DNA from: Eledone cirrhosa
Taxonomy: Eukaryota
Direction of reading: 5' to 3'
Assembly (NCBI GenBank): GCA_964016885.1
Contig: OZ024741.1
Location: forward strand, 233,616,001-233,680,000
DNA: 64,000 nt
The position numbers were made by a program, and so were the translations under genes. This document shows, piece after piece, positions 26,377-39,329 of the stretch; within the stretch, counting starts at the first letter, position 1; every line of letters starts with the position of its first letter. The notes beneath the pieces are model-generated. The model did no database searches and had not been told where the DNA came from. It saw only the letters and a program-made list of their open reading frames with translations.

Positions 26377-26585
26377 GGAAAGTTATATTTAAATTGTTGG
26401 GTTACAACTAGTAAATATTTATAACTGATATAAAAGCACTCGACAAATATTTGGAGTATATTTACAATATTAAATAAATGGAAACTATATTTAATAAATG
26501 GAAACTATATTTATAAAACCATATTTATTTCATTTATTTCATGAAATAAATATGGTTTTATAAATATAGTTTCCATTTATTTAAT

Positions 26586-26591
<6 letters not shown>
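26377..26591. mobile_element. AT-rich fold-back element in (TA)n
   Basis: Hairpin about 26463-26591 centred on TTTCATGAAA, small tandem duplications in the left arm, unpaired tail with GAGTGCTT (minus, 26434-26441). Confidence 0.7.
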
Positions 26592-26627
<36 letters not shown>

Positions 26628-26634
<7 letters not shown>

Positions 26635-26960
26635 AAAAGAAATCGAAAATGCTACTGGAGTCTTTTTTTAAATATTTATTTATTTCCTTTACCGGTTCCA
26701 CAGTTCTTAAGCTTTTCAAAAGTAGAATTGAGATGGAGGGTTTGTGGTTTGTCTTGCATCAGATGTGAGACAAACCACAAACCCTCCATCTCAATTCTAC
26801 TTTTGAAAAGCATAAGAACTGTGAAACCGGTAAAGCAAATAAATAAATATTCTTAAAAAGACTCGTTCTATTTTCAATTTCTTTTCCTTATACTTTTACC
26901 TGTGTAGGACATCTCAGATTTTTTTTTTTTGTTTTTTTATTAAAAAAACTCATTTTCTTA
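26628..26960. mobile_element. Fold-back element with a U3-A8 variant hammerhead motif
   Basis: ~130-bp arms 26628-26760 / 26762-26892; CTT-TTGAAAA-GCATAAGAACTGT-GAAA-CCGG-TA|AAG at 26800-26835. Confidence 0.75.
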
Positions 26961-26988
26961 TATATAAAATACGCACACACACACACAC

Positions 26989-27047
<59 letters not shown>

Positions 27048-27067
27048 TATATTTACATATATATATA

Positions 27068-27200
27068 TGGCTTAGTGGTTAGAGCATTGGCCTTGCAATC
27101 GAAAGATTGTGAGTTCAATTCTAAGACCAGTTGATGTGTTGTTTCCTTGAGCAAGACACTTTATTTCACATTGCTCCAGTTTATACAGCTGTAGAAATGA
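27068..27200 (+). mobile_element. tRNA-derived SINE (second family; also 44375-44540 minus and 59352-59610 plus)
   Basis: A box TGGCTTAGTGG, B box GTTCAATTC, then TCCTTGAGCAAGACACTTTATTTCAC core. Confidence 0.8.
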
Positions 27201-27382
27201 GATGATAGGGACTGGGGTCCATATCATTCCACTGCAAAAAAGCACCCAGCACTCACTGTAAATGAGGTTGGTGTTAGGAAGGGCATCCAGCTGTAGAAAT
27301 CAAGCCAGAATCAGTTCCCGTCCCACCCTTGCAAGCAGGGTAAAAGCAGACGTAAAATGAAATGATGATGAGGATGATGATG

Positions 27383-28621
27383 ATATATATAAAATTAAGT
27401 ATGTGTGTGTGTCTGTGTATTACCTATAGGGGCCTACATCTTACGACCAATTTTCATGAAACTTTACAGGCTCATATTAGTCATCGGGGAGTGTTTTCTA
27501 TATAATAATAATGAAATTATTGTGTAAAGTGCTCAGGTGCACTACAACTCGTCAATATAGTACATAGAATAATACACAAATGTCAGGGAAGTACATGTGT
27601 GTATGTGTTAGCTGTTCTGTTGGCGGATCTCGGGAAGCATGGAGGCCTTAAAGGATGCAGTGTCTCGACAGCTAACAACTGATGCAGGTAGTTTGTTCCA
27701 TGCTTCAGCAACTCTAAGCGTGAAAAAATGTTTCCGAAAGTCATGGGAACTGTGTTGTTTTCTTACTTTGTGGGCATGTCCACGTGTGTTAGACACATGG
27801 AAATCGAAAAGGTATATCAGCGTATGTTTTTTTTATTCCAGGGTCATTCTGCAGATAAAAATCGATAGGGGGGGGGGGGGGTCACTTTTTTTTTAGGTAT
27901 CGAAAAATAAGATTTTTGGCTCTAGCTCCCACATTTTGCCACCGATTTCGTTCAAATTTTAAAGCAAAATAGAATTTATCATTGCACATCCTGTAAGGAC
28001 TTTATATTTTGCATTTGTTGTTCAAGGACGGTGCGGCAGCCGCTTACATATTCAAAAATACCACTTTTAGACTCAAATTTACACTTTTTCGGCTCTAGCT
28101 CCCACATTAATCAACCTACTTTGTTCAAATTTTACACTACGCTAGATCTGATTATTTCACGTCTTAAAGTAGCTTTACATTTGGGATTTTTTGTTCAGGA
28201 ACGGCCTGGCAGCCGCTTAAATATTCGAAAATACCACCTTTTCGCTCATATTTCCGCCTTTTCGGCTCTAGCTCCCACATTTTTCAACCAAATTCGTTCA
28301 AATTCGAAACTCCGGCTCCACCTCACACATAAATCAATTTATTTGGTTCAACTTTTATACTAGGATAGAACCTATCATTGCACATCTTATAGTAGCTTTA
28401 CACTTTGCATTTTTTGTTCAGGGACGGCGTGGCAGCCGTTTAACTTTTCAAAATACGATTTTTTCCACCTCCCACATATTCCATACGATTTCACTCAACA
28501 TTTCGCCATTTGCTACACCTTATGACCAATTTTCAAGAAACTCGCAGTCGCTAAGATCAACACCTTTCATCAAAGCAGATATTATTTTACCTACCCAAGC
28601 AACGCTGGGTACTGCTGCTAG
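27383..28621 (+). mobile_element. Non-autonomous Helitron with internal ~175-bp tandem repeats
   Basis: 3' hairpin TACCCAAGCAACGCTGGGTA then CTAG|T at 28618-28621; three or more units beginning TTTT(C)GGCTCTAGCTCCCACATT; 5' end approximate; contains a nested LINE tail. Confidence 0.75.
27505..27800 (-). mobile_element. CR1/L2-type LINE 3' end nested in the Helitron
   Basis: NTRGHAHKV...HFFTLRVAEAWNKLP C-terminus with an (ATT)n tail. Confidence 0.85.
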
Positions 28622-28729
28622 TATATATATATATATGTGTGTGTGTATTTATGTCTACTAGTAATGAAAACAGATAGTAAATGGTGATGATGATTTTATA
28701 TATACAATATTGTTTGTTTTTTATTTTAG

Positions 28730-28804
28730 CTGCTAATTTAGGCTTCACTCCCACTGGTGAAAATAGTGGTCATGGTAAAAAGTTAGCTGAGTTTATTTTA
28801 AAAG
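28730..28804 (+). CDS. UROS: Uroporphyrinogen-III synthase, coding exon 4
   Basis: TTTTAG|AANLGFTPTGENSGHGKKLAEFILK|GTAAG; matches GETCGNAEKLAEYI. Confidence 0.9.
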
Positions 28805-28953
28805 GTAAGGCAAAATTTACTCAATCGAAATTTTATTGAATTTTTTTACCTTTTTTTCATGCATATAATATGGTAGACAAATGATTGTATCCATTGTGTC
28901 AAAAAAGCTAATTTTCAATGCACACACACACACATCTCTCTCTCTCTCTCTCT

Positions 28954-30900
28954 ACTGCAATTGGCAGCAGAACGGGAGAATTCCTAGTTCTGCAGGGAAG
29001 GGCATAGTAACGCTGATCAGGAAAGATGAGAACAAGGGGGACGAAATTAACAACTTCAGGCCCATAACTCTACTCAACACAGAGTTAAAGATTTTGGCCA
29101 AGGTGCTAGTGATGAGGTTGGCGCTTGTCGTCGAGAACCTGGCAGGGAAAGCGCAAACGTGTGCAATCCCGACCAGGTCCATACACGACAACCTCCACCT
29201 CATGCGATACATCATAGAGAGGGTGGGTAGTAAACCCGGCTTCAGTGGGGCTCTGATCAACTTGGATCAGTCTAAGGCATTCGATAGGGTCGACCATCGA
29301 TACTTGGAAGCGGTTCTCAAGGCGGCCGGTTTCAGTCCCGTGCTCAGAGGATGGATCGAGGCGATGCACACCAGCATCTGCTCGAGGGTCAAGGTGAACG
29401 GCTACCTAACGGAGCCGTTCGCAATCACGCGTTCCATTCGACAGGGGTGCCCTCTCTCCTCCATTCTGTATGTATTGACTCTAGAGCCACTACTGCGGAA
29501 ATTGGAGCTGTTGCAGGGCATCCCTCTAGAACCGGGACTGTGCAAAGCAGCGTCGGCTTATGCTGACGAAATGACGGTAATGGTGTCGAGCACCTCGGAA
29601 ATTGGGGTGATCGGCAACTTACTGAAAGAATACGAAACGCTGACAGGAGCAAAACTAAACCCGGACAAGTCTGTCGGTTTGCAACTCGGTACGTGGAGAG
29701 GCAAACCGCTGACGTCCGACAGCGTCGTTGGACGCTGGACGGACGGACCAGTGAAATTGCTCGGGATCTGGTTCGGTCCAGACCTCCAGGTGGAGAAAAA
29801 CTGGAACGATGTCACAGCCAAGGTGTTTGCACTCGCCCAGAAGTGGCCAGAGTGCAAACTGTCCTTGAAAGGTCGAGCGGAGGTGGCGAACACTTTCATA
29901 GCGTCCGTCATCTACTACCGCTTGACTGTCGTGCCTTGTCCCCGTGAACACCTCGCCAAGATGGAACGCATGCTCTTCCAGTTTCTGTGGAAGAAGCAGG
30001 CTCCGCTGCTGAGGAGATCCCTCTGCTGTCAGCACCCTTCCAATGAAGGGCTGGGAATGCCGTGGCTGATGATGCGCAAACATGCGCTGAGGCTGCGGCA
30101 TCTCCAGGTATTCCTCACCGACCCCCAACCGGTGTGGGCACCGTTTGTGAGACAGGCTTTCCCACGGCTAGTCTCTCTGACGGAGCTGCAATCCAGGGTG
30201 AAGAAAAGACCGATCTACAGGCACGGACGCCCCAGCAGGGATCCTTCCAAGAGGACGTGTCCAAGATGCGCGCAGGACATTGAAACAGTCCTGCACGCAA
30301 TTGTACACTGCTCGGGCGTAACCGACCTCTGGAACTATGCAGAACAACTGCTGTCGCGTATGGGACAAATCCAGTTGACTGCCGAGTCCATAGTAAGAAT
30401 CAAACCGCCAGCCTCTTTCAAAAACGAAAGAGAGGCGATTTCCTCTGTATAGTGGCTATGGTGAAAGAAGTTATATGGTGGACGAGGTTGAGAGGACTGA
30501 GGACAGATGCCTTTCTCTCCGGACATCAATTGATTCCCTTCTTTAAGTATCACTTTAGAAGGGGAATCAGGGTGGAGAGAGAGACCAGTAAATTTACTGA
30601 AAGGTGGGTGAATGAAGCAAAAATGGCCCGAGTGATTGGGCCTTCTCTGTTTATAAGCCTGTAGGTTGAGGAAGAGAGCAAAAGGAAGAAAGGAGTACTT
30701 GCACAACACGCTCCTGGAGTTGAGGGTTGTTCTATCGACGGGGTATTAAACAACCCATTTGTGGCGCCTCCCCCCTATTGGGGATTTCGATTGTTGTAAT
30801 TGTTTGTTTTTATATTTTTTACACGACTGTATGTAAAATCCCCGGCATGTCTTTATATTGTCCCCTTTTCTTGTGCGCCTTTGTGGCTAATAAAGAAATA
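28954..30900 (+). mobile_element. 5'-truncated Tx1/L1-clade LINE (RT plus C-terminal zinc knuckle)
   Basis: NFRPITLLN, LDQSKAFDRV, RQGCPLS, YADE, CPRC...ETVLHAIVHC; AATAAA at the 3' end. Confidence 0.93.
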
Positions 30901-31301
30901 TATCTATTTATCTATCTATATATATAGATATATATACATACACGCATATGTGTGTATGTATGTATATATCATTATCATCTTTTTTTTCATCCATTTTTCC
31001 ATGCTGACATGGGTTGGATGGGATGTTTTGAAACAATGTTTTACAGCTAGACACTGTTCCTAATGCCAATCCATATAGTCACCCTTCACAACATGCAGTG
31101 GTATGGTATAATTGTTCTAAAAGGCATGATATACACACATATATATATACATATATCATCATCATCATCACTGTTTAATGTCCATTTTTCCACGCTAGCA
31201 CAGGTTAGACATATTTCTCTACATATATATATATATATATAGGTGTATAGGTGCAAGATATATTTGTTATGATGCAACACTGATTCTTTGTTCCTTTATT
31301 C

Positions 31302-31341
<40 letters not shown>

Positions 31342-32149
31342 TCTGGGAAGACCAGGACCAAAGCTCTAAAACAATATCAGAGGCAGTGGAGCAAGTTCCA
31401 GCTGGATCTGATCAAGGAGGAACAAAACAACCTCCATATTGTTTGAGGGGACCATGTTTGTATGTTAGTGCATACAAGTAACTCTGAGTAAGTCAAAGCT
31501 GTAGTGTTGGCAGCAGCAGTGACTACTGAAACTCAAGAAAGTGTTTGAATATAAATGTGAAAGCAGAGGCAATGTTGAGGGGTTCCAACTAGATCCTATC
31601 AACAAAATCTTCATACAGTTTAAATACACATGTCTCTGATATCCAAGTGGCTAAATGTCAGCAGAAGGGCACACAGGATTCATGACCTGGATGTGGCCTG
31701 GCTCCCTAGAGTATAAGAAATTAAGAGCCAAAATAGCTGCTGAAAATAAGCCACTGTAAAGTGGTCATGTAGTTGTCACAATAAAAAGCGCCCAGTCCAC
31801 ACTGTAAAGTGGTCGAGTAGGCATCATGACAAAAAAGCACCCAGTGTACACTGAAAATGTGGTTGGCGTTAGGAAGGGCATTCAGCCGTAGAGACCAAAT
31901 CAAAATTAGTTCTGTGTGAGCAAAATATGGTCCTCCGACCTGGCTTGTGTCACAATGGGACAACTCGTCTAACCCATGCTAGCATAGAAAATGGACATTA
32001 AAGGATGATGATGATGATGATGATGATATATATATATATATTTAAATAAGTTTAAATATTTGGAAGCCCGACAATGCATGCAAGATTAAAGGTGCCACGG
32101 TAATAGGAATTATAGAAAATGATATATATATATATATGTATGTATATAT

Positions 32150-32270
32150 AGGAAAAAGAAGTTGAAAATGCAGTTGGAGTCTTTAAGAAGGTTTATTACA
32201 AATATTTATAACTTTACCGGTTTCACAAGTTTCATGATTTTCGAAAATTACAAGAGATGTAAAGATGTGT
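32150..32270 (-). repeat. Single-arm relative of the 26628 element with a variant hammerhead motif
   Basis: Minus strand TAATTT-TCGAAAA-TCATGAAACTTGT-GAAA-CCGG-TA|AAGTTA; abuts (TA)n. Confidence 0.55.
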
Positions 32271-32882
32271 GGCTCTGCTGACTTGTAACTAGTCAATCAC
32301 AAAGTAGCCCTGAAAAGGAAAAAAAAGTGGACAGAAGAAGCTGCAAAGAATCAAACACATTTCTTGGATTCGAACCAAGTGCATTAACCACTACGTTTTG
32401 TTTAGACTTCTAGCTGCAGAAATGTTGAGTGTATTACCACTATGGTTGACATTTTCTTCCCAAATTAGCAGCTATATATAACAACTTTACAGCTGTTGTC
32501 AGCTGCCATTTGGCATTGTGGTAATATGTTCAACCAGAATTTGAGAGACACATGGTTTGCTTCTCTAGTGGCTGCTAGTCATTTTTTTCTGTCTCTAAAG
32601 GTATTTTACCTGATTTTCTAAAGCTATTATTATATATAGCGATTTCTGTGTTTTGATTCCAACATTTTAAATATGTATATGCCACTACATTACACCAAGA
32701 AACCACTCAACCACTACACCACACCCTCACTGCACCAATACACCGCTACACCACTACACCACAACACTCTACCAAATCCATACCATTTTATCTACTTTAC
32801 TGATTTCCTTTAAAATGTTTTATAAAGCTGATTCTTTCTTTCTTCCTTTCATATTTAACCCTTGTTTTCTGTTGTTCTCCAG

Positions 32883-32972
32883 AAATAGAAGTGAAGCCAG
32901 ATTGTAAGCCTATTCTGTTCCCTTGCAGTAAGATACGCAATGACGACCTTCCTACTCACCTCAAACAAAATG
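32883..32972 (+). CDS. UROS: Uroporphyrinogen-III synthase, coding exon 5
   Basis: CTCCAG|EIEVKPDCKPILFPCSKIRNDDLPTHLKQN|GTATG; matches PLLFPCGNLKREILP. Confidence 0.9.
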
Positions 32973-33180
32973 GTATGGTTAACAGGCTTCCTTTAACAGA
33001 GAACTACACTCTTCTAGCCCTATACTTTATCCACACCATTGTTTACTTTTACCACATCAATTAAAATATATGTATTTAGAGAGAATTTGTTCCAAAACCT
33101 CAAACAATTCCAGATCATCATCACCACCACCATCATCATCATCACCACCACTACCATCATCACCATCATCATCATTTTAA

Positions 33181-33392
33181 AACTTTAGCATTTAAACCGG
33201 CTGTATCCGGCCAGAATTCTTTCTGTTCAAACCGGCCATAACTGACCCCTTATACTGACTTTAAGTTATTGTTCTTAAAATAAATAATATCAAAATCTCA
33301 TTGATTCGATATTATGTGAGATAACTATGTTAGTTAAAGCCTTAACCATGAACATACAATAGTAAATATAGAGTAATTTAAATGCTAAAGAG
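33181..33392. mobile_element. piggyBac-type MITE, second copy
   Basis: Similar to 18549-18769, flanked by TTAA, with degenerate TIRs. Confidence 0.8.
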
Positions 33393-34634
33393 TTAAGTCT
33401 GTTTTTCCATACTTACATAGTTTGGATGGGTCATTTCCTGCACAGTCTCTTTCAACATGGTGCATTTCTTTGTCATCTCCTCCATGAGATTCAGCGTGTT
33501 GAGATTTGCTTCCCTCCACTAGGATCTCCTGGTATTTCTTCATCCAGAATTGCATCACTTAAAAAATTAATAAAACACAAACTATAGATAAAAATATATG
33601 CATATCATAAAAACAATGTAATATTTATACAGCAACTCCTACAAGAATGAATAAACAGAAAGAAAAACATTTGCTTTTGATTTATTGTTTCATTTACTTC
33701 TATTTTGTCTTACTCAATACATATCATTAACAGAAGACTGAATTTATTTAGAAACCACTGTATTATTGAGGGGGACAAAATAAATGCTTACAAGAAAAAT
33801 ACCTCTTGCAAAGTGAAGCCAAATGAATATAAAAGCTAGCCAAGTAATACACTAATACACCTGCAAACTTTTATAACCATAGTTTTTAATTTGTTGTTGT
33901 TTTTTTTTTTTATCTTTTTTTTTTGTACAGAAATTGTTTGTTGACGTGATTTCATTTATTACAAAATTTATGAAAAAACATTTGTTACCATGGGCTTTCA
34001 TTACATCAAGTTTTTGTTACTAAAGGGCCTGCTGTATGATGGTCTTTATTGCAGCAAAAAATGATAAACCTGAGAGGAGCCCCTTGCATATCATGCTGAT
34101 TGTTGTTTTTATTGTTTATAACTATGTCAGCTCTAATCAACTAGATTTATGATTGAAGGCATTCCAGCCATGATCACTCTCCCTTTTTAGCAATATGTCT
34201 AGGAGCACACTATCCAAATTATTATAATTGAGCAGGGTGGTGGATTGGCTGCTTAAGATGGACAAACAAATGTACAGCTCCACACTAGTTTCTTTTATTA
34301 ATCTTTTGATGAAGCGATAAAACACTATTGTATATACACACACATATATATATTTACATTTTTTAAACAAAAATCCCATTCCTGAATTCTACTGCGTAAT
34401 GAATAGTCACTTCCACAATTATAGGCTTCCTGGTGAAGTGTGATAAATAATTAAGTATTGTATATGATTGAACAATATATATTGTAGTCAGCATATGTAG
34501 ATGAGTATAATAGACACAGAACATATATTAAAGCAAATAAATTTCTAATTTCCTTTCACACCGATGTTTATATTTTCCTTGGTGCAATACTTGCTTATAT
34601 ATATATATACATACATATATATATATATACACTA

Positions 34635-34971
34635 CATACACTTGCAAGCAAAACAGACCAGATATAATGATATGGGACAGGGAAAAGAAGGCATGCACAG
34701 TAGTGGAAGTTAGCTGCCCAACAGATGCCAAAAAGAGAATATCTATGCAGAACTAATGAGAAATCTGCAGATACTCTACCCTGACTATACCTTCAGATTT
34801 ATACCTGTGATTATTAGGGCACTGGGCTATGTTAGTAACTGCCTCAATACAAATCTTGAGGAGCTAGGCTTCACAGAAACAGAAAGAACACAACTCGTTA
34901 GGAAATTACAAGTACAATCCATTAATGGAACAGTAAAAATATGTAAAACATTTCAGAAATTCTGCATCTAA
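34635..34971 (+). mobile_element. R4/Dong-like LINE 3' fragment
   Basis: NRPDIMIWDREKKACTVVEVSCP RLE motif; FIPVIIRALG. Confidence 0.75.
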
Positions 34972-35019
34972 TAACTACATGTTCACATGTACAGATGCAA
35001 AGCATATGCACATGCATTC

Positions 35020-35787
35020 ATCATCATCGTTTAACGTCCGTGTTCCACGCTTGCATGGGTTTTCCCACTTGAGGCAAGAGTGATTGTCTTGCTCGCATAG
35101 GACTGTCTGGCGGGTTTTCTACAGCTGGATGCCCTTCCTAACACCAACCACATTTACAGTGTGGGGCTGGGAGGTTTTTACCGTGTTGCCTACACGGGCA
35201 CATTACAGCGTGGACTGTCTGGCGGGTTTTCTACAGCTGGATGTCCTTCCTAACACCAACCACATTTACAGTGTGGAGCTGGGAGGTTTTTACCGTGTTG
35301 CCTACACGGCCACATTACAGCGTGGACTGTGTTTTTTTGTCGTGACACCTACACGATCTCATTTGTTTCGGCCTGAATGTTGTGGCACCAACATAACTTT
35401 ACATTGAAAGGGGCGGTGTGGATGGGGTCGGGGTGGTGGGACGGGGGTGTATTTTGTTAGAGATGCCTACTGACTGTAGTAGGTTTTACTTTGTATTTAG
35501 GTAAGGTGGGTCTTCTATATTACTGAGTACCGCCAAAGGTCTCGGTCCAGTGACATTGTCTTGGAGAGGTGTAAGTGTGTGAGGTCGGAATTTATCAGCT
35601 CGTCCCAGGTTTTTCTGGGTCTGCCTACTCCGTAGCTACCGTCTATCTTTATTGCCCTGCACTTTGTTATACAGCTGTCGTCTTTCATGCGCATCACGTG
35701 ACCATACCAGCGTAGCCTTCTCTCGAGTAAACAACATCTAATCCCTCTTATTTCTAATTTTTTCCTTAGTTCGCTTATGCTTTGCAC
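35020..35787 (-). mobile_element. RTE LINE 3' end with an internal ~110-bp tandem duplication in the UTR
   Basis: RRLRWYGHVMRM; near-identical to 51520-52170. Confidence 0.85.
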
Positions 35788-36133
35788 TCATATAACTCAA
35801 AACACACATCCACACATACAATAACATCCATACCTGCACATACATGCATGTATGCAGACATATCTACCAAGTTGATGATGTGTAAATCCCAATGAGAGTC
35901 TTGTATCTCTCTATTAGTAAAAATTTATAAAATTATAAAAACACATACATACATACTCGCTCACTCACATCTACTACAATTTGTTAGTAAAATATACATG
36001 CTAGAGGGTTTAGAACAGGAGTAAGGAACCTTCAATATTTGTGGCCCTTAAGTGCAGTACTTCTAAAGGAAGTCTGGATTTTTCATAATTAAACAACATT
36101 TTTATTTTTTGTGTGCATGATTGTTATTTGCAG

Positions 36134-36219
36134 GAGTTCCTGTTGAAGAACTTACAGTATATGAAACTCTACCAAACCCTCAGATTCATACATGTATTGA
36201 TGGGGTATGTAAAGAATTG
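36134..36219 (+). CDS. UROS: Uroporphyrinogen-III synthase, coding exon 6
   Basis: TTGCAG|GVPVEELTVYETLPNPQIHTCIDGVCKEL|GTAAG; matches ITVYQT. Confidence 0.9.
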
Positions 36220-37700
36220 GTAAGTTCAGTGATTTGGACTATTCCTTTACACATAGTTTGGTGTTTATAACTATATTAACTTATCCTCTCTCTCTCTCCT
36301 TCCCTCTAGATTAACTGTTTAGATACCAGCCCAGCCAAATCTGGGTCTGTTTCTATGATGTAAAACCACCAATTTTTAAAGGTTTTGTATTTAAATTGAA
36401 ATCTAATTTTATATAAGTTAAGTTACTATCTTAGTAAAGAAATAATTAATAATTTTAGTAAATCCCTCAAAATTCTTCATTAATTAATTGAAATAGAGCG
36501 TATTTCATTGGAAATACAGTCACAAAAGGGTTTTTTAAATACAATGATGAATCACAGAGTTAACTCACAGCTGTTTGGTGTGGTTTATCCCACACCCACC
36601 CTTACATCTGCCTCAATCCAGTAGCCCTTTATTATGTTATCTAATGTATACCAGCTGTGATCAGTCCATTTTTTTCTTGTAATTTTTTTCAAGGTCAGCA
36701 TATCTAAGATTCCATAAGTCAGTGTATGATTAATTTTCTTAAAAATAATAGGATGTGATTTAAAGGGGGTGCAGTTCTTATTTTTAACAGGCCCTCACAT
36801 GTATTGTGTCTCACTAGTTGACTATTTCTATGTTAGATGTATGTGATTACCATTTATAATCAGCTTTTGTTTGTTATGTTGTGGATTCCTATCCTGGGTA
36901 AGTGCTGACTCACAAGATCAGGTAACCCTGGAGAGGCCATCTTGTTGGCTCAGATTCCCTTATTGTTGTTGTTCATCCCCTAGTGTGCTCTGATCCAGTG
37001 GACATGGAATCAAATGTATTCCAACCATGATATGACAAACCTGTTTTTTATTCAAACAGTGTACCTTTGATTACATATTTCAATGTTAGTATTGTTGCTC
37101 TATTTTTTTAAGTCGACCCAAGCGCGGAAGCTCATCAGGCATGTGCTTATCCTGTTTTCTCCAGCATCAAACAGGTTTCATCAGTGTTAAATGGGTTTCA
37201 TTAGCATTGACTAAGAGTCCAAGACTCTTCCCTGGACAGGAGGGTAATCAATCAAAAACATAACACACCAGTTGGTTCAAGAATTGAACCCATGACACTA
37301 TGATTAGTCCAACACCCTAATCTCTATGTCACATACCTTCACAATTTTGTTTCCGTTTAGCTTTGGCTTAAATCCAGTCAAGCAGACCTATAGTCAAAGG
37401 AGTTTCAATTGTAATCATCTCATCTTTATTTCCAACATATATTATACAGGACTTATTATATTCTGGTTTGATTTGAGGAAATATTGGCTGCATTAATACA
37501 TACTTGAATATGAGAGAGCAGGAGAGGAGCTAACTTCTTCTCCTCCTATACATATAACATATGATGTTACAGGTTAACTAGGAAAAGTAACGGGGAGGGG
37601 GGGGGGACATATCTGCTCCCCCCCCTTCAAATCAAACCAGAATATAATAAGTCCTGTACAATATATGTATATATATATATATACACAGATGCACAAGCAG

Positions 37701-37735
<35 letters not shown>

Positions 37736-37736
<1 letters not shown>

Positions 37737-38344
37737 GGTGGCTGCCAACTCGTTTTCGAGTACGGCCACCACTTTATATCCATGTAGGAGAACCCCTACT
37801 GATGCGCTGGACGAGTGTGACATTTTAGTCCAGCCAGCGACTTGAAAACTCTGGTACAAACACTACACTTGTAACAATTATTGATACATAGTGCTGGGCC
37901 CATGGTACCATGTGACGACAAGTGCAGAGAGATCTCCAGATATAAAGCAATGCCTGTGCCATGACGCTTTTATAGTGAGCAAATCATTGCACAAAGCCAG
38001 TCCCACTCTCTTAACCAAGATGATATTTACCAAAAAGAAGAACAAATCAACATCATTGGATACCATCAGGGTTGCAGGTGTTATATCAGAGTTTTCCTTC
38101 TCCTAGAATTCTGCCTTGACAAAGGTTAAGGGGTCATCTCTCCCGGTGATTTTGGATGACCATTGACTCTTAAGAGCTCCTTTGCCCTTTGACAGGTTTT
38201 GTTTTTAATCCTGCAGGATGTTCAAAGTCACCCGCCTAACCAAGAAACCTTGGTGGGGTTGCCAGTTTAGTCGCCAACGACCCGACCATGAGACAGGTTG
38301 TACTGGGATACATGTTACCAGTAGCACCAACTGGTGACCTGACA
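37736..38344. repeat. ~610-bp dispersed repeat, possible solo LTR
   Basis: TG...CA termini, microsatellite flanks, second copy at 1-502. Confidence 0.6.
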
Positions 38345-38857
38345 TACATATATATATATACACACATACATACATACACAGGTAAACATCTACACTCACT
38401 CATTATATATGTTATCACCATTATGTGACTCTAGGTATAATATTCTATATCTAAGCGTACTGCAGATTGTCTGAAACTTCAAGCAAGGTATTACATATGT
38501 TTATTTTCTTCTGACATTATATACTTTACCTAGGTAATCAACATAATATTAAGGGTATATGTAGAGATGATTTGTTTTATACCTTGCCTTGAAGTTTTAG
38601 ACATTCTGTAGACTACCTAAGTATTCAATACACTACTTGATTCCCACATTACGTGTCACATATATATACTAGCAATAAAAATCATACACACCTGATAGCT
38701 GTGTTTCTACTAGTACACTTATATAGAGCAGTAGTGTTCTTTTATGTTTATTAATTTTTTACTTTCTTTTATTGGTATCAGTCATCAGGTTGGAGCTATG
38801 CTGGAGCACTGCCTTGAAATATTTATTTATTTACTTCTTTGTGTTTTTCTTTAACAG

Positions 38858-38953
38858 AAAGGTCAACCAGAATACCTTGTATTCTTTAGTCCCTCTGGTG
38901 TTGACTCTGCCCTACCTTTTGTAACTCCAGTCTGGGATCTGTCCCAGTCAAAG
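38858..38953 (+). CDS. UROS: Uroporphyrinogen-III synthase, coding exon 7
   Basis: TAACAG|KGQPEYLVFFSPSGVDSALPFVTPVWDLSQSK|GTTTG; conserved FFSPSG. Confidence 0.93.
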
Positions 38954-39329
38954 GTTTGTAACTTTGTAACTTTCATTTGTTTCTCTACCATCACTCTAGT
39001 TAGGATGTGTGGTCACATGTCACTGAATGTGTGTGCCTGTGTATCATTGTATGTGTGTGTCACTGTGTCTTTGTATCACTTTATGTGTGTCATTGTGTAT
39101 CACTGTATCTGTCACTTTTATGCATGTCACTGTGTGTGTATATCACTGTGTGCATGTCTCAGTGTGTGTGTGTGTCAGTGTGCATGTGTTACATGCATCA
39201 CTGCCTAGGTTTTATATGAAACAGTTAATGTGTTACTGTGTGTGATACATGTGTAACAAGTGGAAAAACTGAGAAACTAAATAAAAACAACCTGCCATCC
39301 CCTACAAATCATCATAAACTGAAATCGAG

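Noticed and set aside
27068-27140. tRNA gene
   Set aside because: The A and B boxes continue into a SINE body, no cloverleaf is evident and it is multi-copy.
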